Assembly: GCA_045606105.1 (NCBI GenBank)
Contig: JAZURI010000009.1
Location: 32,001-96,000 of the forward strand
Reading direction: 5' to 3'
Source of the DNA: Spirochaetia bacterium
Lineage (GTDB): Bacteria; Spirochaetota; Spirochaetia; CADAEX01
Length of the DNA: 64,000 nucleotides
Shown here one piece after another: positions 1-9,062 of the stretch. The first letter of the stretch is position 1. Each line of letters begins with the position of its first letter. The notes under the pieces were generated by a model. It saw nothing but the letters and a program-made list of their open reading frames with translations. It was not told the DNA's origin and made no database searches. A program made the position numbers and the translations under genes.

Positions 1-4
1 ATAC

Positions 5-2245
5 ATGGGTCTTAAAAAGTTCAATGCCCGGGAAAGGGCCTCAAACCTGGATACGGAACAGCTGAAAAATATTGTCTCCATAGCCCACAGCCGGGGAGTG
101 CAGGTTTTTGTAACCATGAATACCCTCCTGACAGAGGAGGAGCTTTATGAGGCCTTTGATTGTGCTGCCGGAATCTGCAGTGCGGGAGCCGATGCCCTCA
201 TAGTTCAGGACCCCGGCCTTGCCTATGTTCTAAGCCGTTATCTGCCGGAACTGGAACTCCATGCCTCCACCCAGATGACCACCAACAATTCCCTGCAGGT
301 GGATTTCCTGAAAAAGCTTGGTATCAGTAATGTCAACTTTGCCCGGGAGCTCTCATTTCAGGAACTGAAGGATATAACCGCATATACGAAATCCCTGGGG
401 CTTACGGCCGAAATCTTTGTCCACGGAGCCTACTGCATCTCCTGTTCGGGAATCTGCTACATGAGCTCCTTTATCTCCTCCCAGGCGGGAAACCGGGGAA
501 AATGTCTCCAACCCTGCCGCCGTCGCTACAGTCTGACACCGGAAGGGGAAAAAAGCTATTTTCTCAGCCTCAAGGACAACAATGCCCTGGATAATCTGGA
601 AAAGGTGCTGGAAACCGGTGCCGATTCCCTTAAAATCGAGGGGCGTATAAAAAATTTCAATTATGTATACACCACTGTCTCTGCATGGAGGGAAAAGCTG
701 GACCGGATCTTCGGTCGTCCCGTAAAGGGGGAGGAATCCGATGTGGGCAAGGTCTTCAACCGGGGCTTCAGCACAGGCTATTTTGATGACGACATTTCTC
801 CCGATATGTTTGTGGAGTCTCCGCTGGACCAGTCCATGGTTGAGGTGGGACAGGTTGTCTCCTATTCTGCCGATAAAAAGGAGCTGCTTCTGGATGATGC
901 CGCAGATATTTCCGACGGAAGCAGAATCAGCATCTACACTCCGGAAAATTCCTTTGTATGCAGTGCAGCGGTAAAGGGCTCTGTTTCCCCGGGCTGCTAT
1001 AGGATAGAAATAGAAAATCTCCTTTACGGCAAGATCCTGAAGGGGCAGATTGTCACCATGCTGCCGGACCAGGAGCGGATGGGCCGGATCAGGGAGCAGA
1101 TAGATTCCGTGGTCCCGGAAGCTCTGTTCTACGATGCGAAGGTCCGGGCCGAAGAGGGAAAGCCTCTGAAGGCGGTGTTCAGTCTCGGAGGCCGTTCCAT
1201 TGAGGTCTGCAGCTCCGTACCTCTTGAAAGGGCGGTAAACAGAGGGCTGACAGCCGAAGGTATAAAAACCCAGTTCGAAAAGAGCGGCGATCCTCTTCTC
1301 CGGCTGGGTAGCCTGACAGCCGAAGGACTTGAACAGGGTTTCTTTCTCTCTGTCCGGGAGCTTAACGGCATGAGAAGGGAGGCCCTGGATAAGTTGGTTT
1401 CCGGTGAAAACTGTTCACAGGCCCGTCCTGAACGCATCGGTTATGAGGTGGTCAGAAACAAGAAGCTGGCTGTTCTGGTTTCATCCCCGGAGGACAGAAG
1501 ATTGTTTCAGGGCTGTGCCGACATGATTTTTACCGAGGGTGAAAACTGGTTTGCCCCTTTCATACCGGACAGCGAGCTTCCGGCCGCAACGGAGGCCCTG
1601 GAAAAAAGGCCTGAATATATTGTTTCCGACAATGTGGGAATCGGTCTCCGGGCGGCGGAAATGGGTATAAAATGGATTGCCGGCCCTATGCTGAACAGCA
1701 CCAACAGCTATGCCCTCCGGGCTTACCGGGAGGTGGCCGGAGCCTCCGGAGCCTTCCTTTCCCAGGAGCTTAACAGCGAACAGCTGAAGCAGATCACCGC
1801 TCCGGAGGATTTTCTTCTGTTTGCCCAGGCTTTCGGTCCCATAACCATGATGTCCACCCGGCAGTGTCTCATAGCCTCGGCCGGAAAATGCAGGAGCGGA
1901 CGGAACAGGTTTACCGAAAAATGCCGGAGCTGCAGTGCCTATGAGAAATTCTACGATGAAAAGAATATCCCTTTCCATGTGGTAAAAACCCCGGGTCAGA
2001 TAAACAGGGTCTTCAATGACAGCCTTTTCTTCCTGCCGGAGCTCTGCAGGGATGTGAATGCAGATTATCTGCTTCTGGATTTCAGGCAGCTTCCGTTTGT
2101 CAGTTTCACGGACCGGGAGAAAAAGGAAATCTTCAATTATTTTGCATCTCTCATAAAAACCGGAAAGAACGATAGGGATAAGGCCGATGCGGTAAAACGG
2201 ATAGCAGGAGCTGTTACCAGGGGTAATTTCCGCAGGGGCTTCTGA
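5..2245 (+). CDS. Peptidase U32 family protein (RlhA-like rRNA hydroxylation protein); probably 5'-truncated by window edge
   Basis: LHASTQM, EIFVHGAYCISCSGICYMS..NRGKCLQPCR Fe-S motif, SLKIEGR. Begins at YMGLKKFNAR, an internal U32 motif, so the true start is likely upstream of base 1. Confidence 0.85.
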   Translation: MGLKKFNARERASNLDTEQLKNIVSIAHSRGVQVFVTMNTLLTEEELYEAFDCAAGICSAGADALIVQDPGLAYVLSRYLPELELHASTQMTTNNSLQVDFLKKLGISNVNFARELSFQELKDITAYTKSLGLTAEIFVHGAYCISCSGICYMSSFISSQAGNRGKCLQPCRRRYSLTPEGEKSYFLSLKDNNALDNLEKVLETGADSLKIEGRIKNFNYVYTTVSAWREKLDRIFGRPVKGEESDVGKVFNRGFSTGYFDDDISPDMFVESPLDQSMVEVGQVVSYSADKKELLLDDAADISDGSRISIYTPENSFVCSAAVKGSVSPGCYRIEIENLLYGKILKGQIVTMLPDQERMGRIREQIDSVVPEALFYDAKVRAEEGKPLKAVFSLGGRSIEVCSSVPLERAVNRGLTAEGIKTQFEKSGDPLLRLGSLTAEGLEQGFFLSVRELNGMRREALDKLVSGENCSQARPERIGYEVVRNKKLAVLVSSPEDRRLFQGCADMIFTEGENWFAPFIPDSELPAATEALEKRPEYIVSDNVGIGLRAAEMGIKWIAGPMLNSTNSYALRAYREVAGASGAFLSQELNSEQLKQITAPEDFLLFAQAFGPITMMSTRQCLIASAGKCRSGRNRFTEKCRSCSAYEKFYDEKNIPFHVVKTPGQINRVFNDSLFFLPELCRDVNADYLLLDFRQLPFVSFTDREKKEIFNYFASLIKTGKNDRDKADAVKRIAGAVTRGNFRRGF

Positions 2246-2260
2246 TGGGGATATGTGTAA

Positions 2261-2289
2261 TTGACTTGTGTCGGTAAAGCTGATAAAAT
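2261..2289 (+). promoter_or_regulatory. Sigma70-type promoter for coaD (probably leaderless)
   Basis: TTGACT-17 nt-(TGA)TAAAAT; ATG 6 nt after the -10 box; no SD. Confidence 0.6.
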
Positions 2290-2295
2290 AAAAGA

Positions 2296-2781
2296 ATGCA
2301 AAAAGTGATTTTTCCCGGATCCTTTGACCCGGTTACAAACGGACATCTTAATGTTATAGACAGAGCTGCAAAGATTTTCGACAAGATTGAAGTTGTAATA
2401 TCAGTCAATCACCAGAAGAAATATCTTTTTTCGGTTGAAGAGCGCTACGATATGCTTGAAAAGCTGACAGCGCATTACGGCAATGTTCATATTTCGGTAT
2501 GGGACAAGCTTATAGTTGATTTTGCCGAAAAGATCGGAACCTACCTTTTTATCAGAGGGGTAAGATCTACAGGGGATTTCAACTACGAATTCGAGCTTTC
2601 TCTCATGAACAGAGGGCTTAATCACAAGATTGATACCCTGTTCATTCCCACCGATACAGAGTATTCTCTGCTGAGATCCTCGGCCATAAAGGAGCTGGCC
2701 TATTTCGGAGGTGATATCTCCAAAATGGTTCCTCCGATTGTGGAAAAAGCTCTCAAGGCAAAAATGGCAAAGGGTTCTTGA
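2296..2781 (+). CDS. coaD: Phosphopantetheine adenylyltransferase
   Basis: [32 protein letters not shown] motifs. Confidence 0.97.
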   Translation: MQKVIFPGSFDPVTNGHLNVIDRAAKIFDKIEVVISVNHQKKYLFSVEERYDMLEKLTAHYGNVHISVWDKLIVDFAEKIGTYLFIRGVRSTGDFNYEFELSLMNRGLNHKIDTLFIPTDTEYSLLRSSAIKELAYFGGDISKMVPPIVEKALKAKMAKGS

Positions 2782-2806
2782 CATATTGTTCTGTATGGGA
2801 TAAATT
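2778..2806 (+). promoter_or_regulatory. Sigma70-type promoter for rpmF-acpP-rnc
   Basis: TTGACA-17 nt-TAAATT followed by AT-rich leader. Confidence 0.5.
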
Positions 2807-2872
2807 TATTTATTGCATAATCAATATTATGGAAATTTATTATATTAACATATTATTTAAGAGGTAATTAAA

Positions 2873-3061
2873 ATGGCAGTACCTAAAAGAAAGCCTTCAA
2901 AAGCAAGAAGCAGAAGAAGAGAAGCTATAAATATGAGAATGGAAAGCCCGGCTCTTACAGAATGCTCAACATGCGGAAACAAGGTTGCACGTCATCAGGT
3001 TTGTCCTAAGTGCGGTTTCTATAAAGGCAAACAGTATCTTGATCTCGAAGACATGGCTTGA
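2873..3061 (+). CDS. rpmF: 50S ribosomal protein L32
   Basis: MAVPKRKPSKAR, CxxC...CxxCGFYKG; SD GAGGT. Confidence 0.97.
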   Translation: MAVPKRKPSKARSRRREAINMRMESPALTECSTCGNKVARHQVCPKCGFYKGKQYLDLEDMA

Positions 3062-3075
3062 TCGGGAGGATTTTG

Positions 3076-3312
3076 ATGGACGAAGTATTTGAAAAAGTAA
3101 AAGCAATTATCGCTGAAAAACTTGATATTGAAGAAAACAGAGTTACTCTCGAAGCTTCATTCCGCCAGGATCTCGGAGCAGACAGCCTCGACACATATGA
3201 ACTCATCTATGCTCTTGAAGAGGAACTCGGTATTCAGATTCCGGATGAAAAAGCCAACGAATTTGAAACTGTAGGCAACGCTGTAGACTTTATTAAGTCG
3301 GTGGTAAAATAA
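3076..3312 (+). CDS. acpP: Acyl carrier protein
   Basis: DLGADSLD phosphopantetheine motif; start at ATG 3076 after SD GGAGG. Confidence 0.97.
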   Translation: MDEVFEKVKAIIAEKLDIEENRVTLEASFRQDLGADSLDTYELIYALEEELGIQIPDEKANEFETVGNAVDFIKSVVK

Positions 3313-3390
3313 ACGATTTTTACATTTAATTCACAGAAAAAAATCTCAATTAAAGCTCCCCGCATTGATGCAAAAAGACGAAGGGAGCTT

Positions 3391-4146
3391 ATGTTATTTC
3401 AAAATCAGGTAGGTCTTGAATTTTACGACATGGACCTTCTTAATCTTGCTTTCTGTCACAGATCCTACGTAAATGAAAGCAACGAGGATATTGAGAATAA
3501 CGAAAAACTCGAATTTCTGGGTGACTCCGTACTGGGGCTTATCACCAGTGAGTATCTTTTTACCAATTTCCCTGAAAAGGCAGAGGGAGAGCTGGCCAGG
3601 ATCAAATCCTTTGTCGTAAGCGAAAACACCCTCAGCAAGATTGCAAAGGTAATCAAGATTGATAACTTCATCCTTATCGGAAAGGGGGAGGAGTACTCCG
3701 GGGGAAGGGCAAAGAAGGCTATTCTTGCAGACTGCATGGAGGCCATGATCGGTGCTTACTATCTGGATTCGGGGCTCAAGAATGTCCGCGATTTCATGAT
3801 CGGCTATCTGGTGCCGGAAATCATGTGCGTTATTGAGGATAAGCACGAAAAGGATTACAAGACTCTTCTTCAGGAATATATCCAGAAAAACTTCAAAACC
3901 TGTCCTAAATACAAGATGATCAAGAAAATAGGGCCGGACCATGACAAGACCTTCCTGGTTGAGGTTCGTATCAAGGACTCTGTTTTCGGACCGGGAGAGG
4001 GAAAAAACAAGAAGGCGGCTGAACAGAATGCAGCCTGCATTGCCTATAGCGAATACATGAAGAGTGAGGCTGAAGGCTTGGATCCGGAGCTGACAGTGGG
4101 AAATCTTGAATCCACCGAAGAGACTGACCCGGAATCTGAAGAATAA
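3391..4146 (+). CDS. rnc: Ribonuclease III (true start probably upstream; see findings)
   Basis: NEKLEFLGDSVLG, ADCMEAMIGA, dsRBD DYKTLLQE..GPDHDKTF. Confidence 0.96.
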   Translation: MLFQNQVGLEFYDMDLLNLAFCHRSYVNESNEDIENNEKLEFLGDSVLGLITSEYLFTNFPEKAEGELARIKSFVVSENTLSKIAKVIKIDNFILIGKGEEYSGGRAKKAILADCMEAMIGAYYLDSGLKNVRDFMIGYLVPEIMCVIEDKHEKDYKTLLQEYIQKNFKTCPKYKMIKKIGPDHDKTFLVEVRIKDSVFGPGEGKNKKAAEQNAACIAYSEYMKSEAEGLDPELTVGNLESTEETDPESEE

Positions 4147-4165
4147 TTACTTTTCAGTATAGCGC

Positions 4166-5443
4166 TTATTTATTGGAAGGCATCCGTCTTTCAAGCTTAA
4201 CCATCTGCTCTGCAACTTTTTTTATCTCATCCCTGAGTACGAAGATACAGTCGGTTTTCTGTGCCTTGCCTGTAACAATGTCCTCTGCCAGGGAACGGCA
4301 GGTCGGTGCTCCGCAGGAGCCGCAGTCCAGACCCGGAAGTGTTTCGCAGATTTCTTCTATTTCATCCATCATCTTTATGGCAACTGAAAGATCCTCGGAA
4401 AGCTTGAGAATAGGACGGGAATAGATTTCCTTTGTCCATGAGATGTCAAAGTTAGGCGGCATGACAGATGTAGATTCGTTGCTGCAGTTTTCTATGATAT
4501 GCTTCATTCTGGATTTTGCCACAAAAGGGTTTTCCACGGTAAGGGTTCCACCTACGCAACCCCCCGGACAGGCCATGGCTTCGATAAAGTCTATACAGGA
4601 AAAATCCTCGGTCTCAATCTGCTCAAGAACCTTGATTACATTTGAAATACCATCCACGGCAATACTTCTCTGAGGACCGATAGCCTCGCTTTCGCCGTCG
4701 TTGTGACCCCATTTTATGCCGTTCCCCGAAGCTCTGGAAAGAGGTTCCGGTTTGGCGATGGTCTTGATGAGCTTACGCAGTGCAGGATAGATATCCTTCT
4801 GGGCTATTACGCCGTCTACAGCCGATTCCTCGTCTCCCAGAGGGGATCTGACACTGGTTATCTTTGCAGGACAAGGAGAGATAAAGAATACCCCGATGTT
4901 TTTCTTGTCCGGATAAAGCTGATGCTTTACTATTCTTGCCGCAATTTCCATAGGTGTCTGGAGCTTGATTACATGCTCGATAAGGCTTGGAAAGCGGACC
5001 TGTATGAGCCTTACCACCGCCGGACAGGAGGATGATATGAGAGGTCTCGGATAGTTGCCCTTGGATATGAGCTCTGCTGTGGCCAGGGATGCAATTTCAG
5101 CGGCGCTGGCTACCTCGTATACATCATCAAAGCCGAAAGCCTTCAATGCAGTAAGGACTGTATCTACGGAAACCTTCTTGAACTGACCGTAGAAGCTCGG
5201 TGCCGGAATGGCAACCTTGAAATCGTATTTGTTGATTATATCCAGCGGATCGCTTACCGCTTTCTTGGCATGTGACGGGCACTTTCTGATACATTCACCG
5301 CAGTCAATACATTTCTGGGAAAGAATGATAGCTTTGCCGTCCCGGACCCTGATGGCCTCGGTAGGGCATTCTGAGATACAGTTTGTGCATCCCTTGCACA
5401 GTTCCTTTTCCAATGTTACTGAATGAAAATACTCTGCTGCCAT
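4166..5443 (-). CDS. [FeFe]-hydrogenase-like protein, group D/HydS-type (2x[4Fe-4S] ferredoxin, H-domain, C-terminal Fe-S domain)
   Basis: CKGCTNCISECP and CIDCGECIRKCP; H-cluster motifs SSSCPA, SPCPAK, EAMACPGGCVGG; C-terminal LPGLDCGSCGAPTC..C. Confidence 0.85.
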   Translation of the reverse strand: MAAEYFHSVTLEKELCKGCTNCISECPTEAIRVRDGKAIILSQKCIDCGECIRKCPSHAKKAVSDPLDIINKYDFKVAIPAPSFYGQFKKVSVDTVLTALKAFGFDDVYEVASAAEIASLATAELISKGNYPRPLISSSCPAVVRLIQVRFPSLIEHVIKLQTPMEIAARIVKHQLYPDKKNIGVFFISPCPAKITSVRSPLGDEESAVDGVIAQKDIYPALRKLIKTIAKPEPLSRASGNGIKWGHNDGESEAIGPQRSIAVDGISNVIKVLEQIETEDFSCIDFIEAMACPGGCVGGTLTVENPFVAKSRMKHIIENCSNESTSVMPPNFDISWTKEIYSRPILKLSEDLSVAIKMMDEIEEICETLPGLDCGSCGAPTCRSLAEDIVTGKAQKTDCIFVLRDEIKKVAEQMVKLERRMPSNK

Positions 5444-5455
5444 AACCAATCCTGT

Positions 5456-5869
5456 CTATTTTATTTTTACTGTAATCGTAACTATTGTTCCTACTCCGGG
5501 TTTGGTTTCAATTTCCAGGGAATCTGAATTTTTCTTGATATTCGGAAGTCCCATACCGGCTCCGAAGCCCATTTCCCTGATTGCATCAGTGGCGGTTGAA
5601 TATCCCTCCTGCATTGCAAGATTCAGATCCGGGATACCCGGTCCATGATCCACAAGAACGCATTTTATCTGGTTCGGGTCTACATCTATGGTAATGTCTC
5701 CGCCACCTCCGTGGATAACCATGTTGATTTCTGCTTCGTAAAGAGCAATTACACTCTTCTTGATGATTGCGTTATCAACTCCGATCTGCTGAAGCTTTTT
5801 CTTCAATGTTGTGGAGCCGACTCCCGCCAGATCCATGTCTCCTTCCGGAACAGTAAACTTAAGTTGCAT
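5456..5869 (-). CDS. Anti-sigma regulatory factor / Ser-Thr kinase (RsbT/RsbW-like GHKL domain)
   Basis: YEAEINMVIH (N box), DHGPGIPD (G1), GYST, GFGAGMGLP (G2). Confidence 0.88.
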   Translation of the reverse strand: MQLKFTVPEGDMDLAGVGSTTLKKKLQQIGVDNAIIKKSVIALYEAEINMVIHGGGGDITIDVDPNQIKCVLVDHGPGIPDLNLAMQEGYSTATDAIREMGFGAGMGLPNIKKNSDSLEIETKPGVGTIVTITVKIK

Positions 5870-5875
5870 AAATCT

Positions 5876-6418
5876 CTACCATTTGTAATTTACTACAGGC
5901 GGATAGGCATGTGCCACTGTTGATGACAGGAGCAGACCTCCGACTGTTCCAACTGCATTCTGCAGTATGTTCATAGGGATTTCCACCGCAGCGGCTGCTG
6001 CACCGACCATAATGCTTCCGGCAAGAAAATACCCTCCTGCCATTATAACAGTTCCTGCCAGGAATGCAAGGAATCTTGATAAAATCAGAGAAAATCTGTT
6101 CTCTCTGCGGAAAAACAGGACGATATATCCTACTGCCAGTCCCTGGAGTCCGTGAATGAGAAACGAAAACGGTGCCCACTGTGAATATCCGCTGACTATA
6201 TCTGCCATGGCTGTTCCCAGACCTCCCGCAATGAATGCCGAAAAAGGTCCGAACGTAAGGGCTGAAAAAAAGATAGCCATATCTCCGAGATTAAGGTAGC
6301 CCCTTGTCGGTCCTACCGGAATCCTTACCACAAGTGTCATGACCGCAACTACGGCTGTAAGTATTGCTGCAGAAGCAATTTTGAATGCAAGTGATCTTGT
6401 TCCCGATTCTTTTTCCAT
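5876..6418 (-). CDS. ECF transporter S component
   Basis: Six hydrophobic segments, GYLNLGD motif; start moved to ATG 6418 with SD GAGGT. Confidence 0.88.
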   Translation of the reverse strand: MEKESGTRSLAFKIASAAILTAVVAVMTLVVRIPVGPTRGYLNLGDMAIFFSALTFGPFSAFIAGGLGTAMADIVSGYSQWAPFSFLIHGLQGLAVGYIVLFFRRENRFSLILSRFLAFLAGTVIMAGGYFLAGSIMVGAAAAAVEIPMNILQNAVGTVGGLLLSSTVAHAYPPVVNYKW

Positions 6419-6438
6419 AAACGTTACCTCTTTAAACT

Positions 6439-7146
6439 TTATAAATATATTAACACAATAATAATAAAAAGTATTCCGGAAAAAAACAATACTGTCTGTC
6501 TTGTTATGGAGCATCTGAGGGTAATCTGTCTGAAGCAGGTTGGCTTTACCGCATTGTTGAGACCTCTGGTTTCAAGCGCCATGGCCAGAACCGGTATATT
6601 CTTTATGGCCTGGACAAGCACCGATGTAAGGACAGGAAGCATTGCCTTTACCTTTGCAAATATGTTCCATTTTCCCGGTTCCGGGGTAATATCGGTTTTT
6701 CTCAGTCTGTGGGCTGCCTCTGCATTTTTATGGGCCCGCAGCAGAAACGGGATATATCTCGATGCAATTGATATTATCAGTGCAAACCTGAAGGGAATTC
6801 CGAAAAAACGGAGGGTCAGTATAAAATCATCCGAGGTGGTGGTCCGGAAATAGAGATAGAAAAGGAGGGTTATTCCGGTGAATCTGAAAAGGATTCTGAC
6901 GGTTTCGCTTATTCCCAGGAAGAGGGGGGACATAAGGGCTGTAAGAAGCAGTATGGGAAAAATAATCCGGAGAGCCGCAACCATGTTCCTGAACCCGCAT
7001 GTGTATACGGTAAGCAGGGCTGAAGCGGCGGCAAGGACTCCGTATCCGGCCGGTGAGGCAGGGGCGAAAAAGGAGGCTGTGCACAGAAGCAGCATCACAA
7101 GCTTCAGCCTTGGGTCGGCAGCAAAAAGGAAGGAATTCTTTCTCAT
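6439..7146 (-). CDS. ecfT: ECF transporter T component (CbiQ family)
   Basis: DPRLKL N-terminus, RYIP, AHRLR and ALETRG motifs. Confidence 0.87.
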   Translation of the reverse strand: MRKNSFLFAADPRLKLVMLLLCTASFFAPASPAGYGVLAAASALLTVYTCGFRNMVAALRIIFPILLLTALMSPLFLGISETVRILFRFTGITLLFYLYFRTTTSDDFILTLRFFGIPFRFALIISIASRYIPFLLRAHKNAEAAHRLRKTDITPEPGKWNIFAKVKAMLPVLTSVLVQAIKNIPVLAMALETRGLNNAVKPTCFRQITLRCSITRQTVLFFSGILFIIIVLIYL

Positions 7147-8543
7147 AGACCCAGCTCCGGCGGAATATCGGCAAATCTGCCGTTTTTCATATAATAGATG
7201 TAATCGGCAAAGGTGGATGCCAGCCTCAGATCATGGGTTATGACCAGTATGGCCGGAGCTGCGGCGGAGCTTCTGAGATTCTCCAGCATCTGACGGAACT
7301 CCCGGAAGGATACTCCCGAATCGGCTTCGTCAATTATCACTATCTCCTTGTTCAGAAGAAAATAGACTGCAGCCTGGAGCTTTTTTCTTTCTCCGTAGCT
7401 CATGAGCGAAGGTGGTGCACCGGGATATCTGATACCGAACAGCTCGGCCGCCCTGTCACAGCGCAGCTTTATTTCCTCCTCCGGAAGCTTCATGAGCTTC
7501 AGGCCGTAGGCCAGCTCCTCCCGTGCCGTAGGGAGAAAGAACTGACAGTCCGGGTTCTGGAAAAGATAGGAGGTGCTTCTGTTCAGAAGTGAAGCCTCTG
7601 CTTTCCTTCCGTTCAGGAGGAGCTCTCCGGAGTCGGGAGTTATCAGTCCGGCCGCAATTCTGGAAAGGGTGGATTTGCCGCATCCGTTGGTTCCGATAAG
7701 GGCGGTTATTCTCCCTTTCTCAAGGAAAAAGCTTTCTGCCTCCAGAGTGAATTCGGATTCCGGATAGGTGTAGCTTATGTTTTTCATCTCCAGGATATAC
7801 TGTGTCCCGGGATTTCTTTCCTTCCGCTCCTTGGGTGGGATATCGGGCAGAAAGCCCTTTTCTCCCAGGGCTGCCTTAAGCCGGCTGTCCTGAGGGTCGT
7901 CATACCTGTCCAGAACTCCCTTGTGATATACGAAAAAACAGTTGCCGTATTCCAGATACAGATCCGGCAGCTTTGAGGTAAAGATAAGAATGCTTTTCCC
8001 TCTTCTTGAGAGAAAGTCCAGTATTTCCCTTTTGCCGAAGATGTCAATCTCCTCCAGGGGCTCATCCAGTATCCACAGGGATGGGTCGGTGCAGCAGAGG
8101 GCGGCCAGCATGAGCCGTCTCTTTTCTCCGCCCGAAAATCCGGCCGGATTATTGTACCTCAGGTGGGAAATGCCTGTAAGTTCCAGTGCCTCCGTTATTT
8201 TTTTCTCTATGATTTCCGGCTCGGTGCCCCTGCATTCCAGAGGAAAGGCCAGTTCCTTCTCGGCGGTGTCGCAGAAGATCTGCTCATCCGGGTCCTGGAA
8301 TACTATCCCCGCTTCCCCGTTTATCTTCACGGTGCCGGAAAGGTCTCCGCCGGTATAGGCCGGTACCAGGGAGGCAAGTATGCGGGATAATGTGGTTTTG
8401 CCCGAGCCGGGCAGAGCCAGGAAAAAGGATATCTTTCCTTCCGGTATGTCAAATGAGATATTGTCGAAAAGCTGTTCTCCTTCAAGGCCGGGATAGGAGC
8501 GGTATCTGAAGGAAAGATTTCTTACTGAGCAGGATTCTGACAT
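7143..8543 (-). CDS. ECF transporter ATPase with two fused NBDs
   Basis: Walker A LPGSGKTT and GTNGCGKST; VFQDPD and LFQNPD Q-loops; FSGGE and MSYGE signatures. Confidence 0.9.
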   Translation of the reverse strand: MSESCSVRNLSFRYRSYPGLEGEQLFDNISFDIPEGKISFFLALPGSGKTTLSRILASLVPAYTGGDLSGTVKINGEAGIVFQDPDEQIFCDTAEKELAFPLECRGTEPEIIEKKITEALELTGISHLRYNNPAGFSGGEKRRLMLAALCCTDPSLWILDEPLEEIDIFGKREILDFLSRRGKSILIFTSKLPDLYLEYGNCFFVYHKGVLDRYDDPQDSRLKAALGEKGFLPDIPPKERKERNPGTQYILEMKNISYTYPESEFTLEAESFFLEKGRITALIGTNGCGKSTLSRIAAGLITPDSGELLLNGRKAEASLLNRSTSYLFQNPDCQFFLPTAREELAYGLKLMKLPEEEIKLRCDRAAELFGIRYPGAPPSLMSYGERKKLQAAVYFLLNKEIVIIDEADSGVSFREFRQMLENLRSSAAAPAILVITHDLRLASTFADYIYYMKNGRFADIPPELGL

Positions 8544-9025
8544 TTCAGGCTTTGTTCCATGAGGTTTACAACATCACCGAAGGTCTTTTCGTTTTTATCG
8601 TTGATCTTCATCAGACATTTATGGGCATCCAGCATCATCAGGGTCCTGTCCTTCTTCTCAAATCCGGAAGGATCTATGATACAGCTTTCACCGTCAGGCT
8701 CAGGTCTGGTTTTTTCCAGGTTGAAAATCTCGTCAAAGCCTACGCTTTCAAGGGTGCGGTTCACATCGTCGGAGATGGAATGGATGGTGGTCTTGCTGCC
8801 GTTCCTGTCCAGCATGAATTCCGCTATCTTTGCCAGGAAACCCAGGTTTGTACTGTCGAGAAAATCAGCTTCCGTAAGATCAATGACAATTTTTTCTATA
8901 TCGCCTGCAGATGCAAAGAAACTGTCAAGAAATGAATCGAAATGTCCGCAGGTGGTGTATTTAAGTGTTCCGGTAAGCTTGAAAATAACCTTGTTTCCGT
9001 CTTTTGCAAAAAAATATTCACCCAT
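8522..9025 (-). CDS. STAS-domain anti-sigma-factor antagonist, RssC-like
   Basis: IVIDLTEADFLDSTNLGFLAK with phosphoacceptor Ser; C-terminal LDAHKCLMKINDKNEKTF extension as in Pseudomonas RssC (recalled). Confidence 0.85.
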   Translation of the reverse strand: MGEYFFAKDGNKVIFKLTGTLKYTTCGHFDSFLDSFFASAGDIEKIVIDLTEADFLDSTNLGFLAKIAEFMLDRNGSKTTIHSISDDVNRTLESVGFDEIFNLEKTRPEPDGESCIIDPSGFEKKDRTLMMLDAHKCLMKINDKNEKTFGDVVNLMEQSLKCQNPAQ

Positions 9026-9062
9026 CTTTATACCCTATTAGATAATTATATCATAAAAGGTT

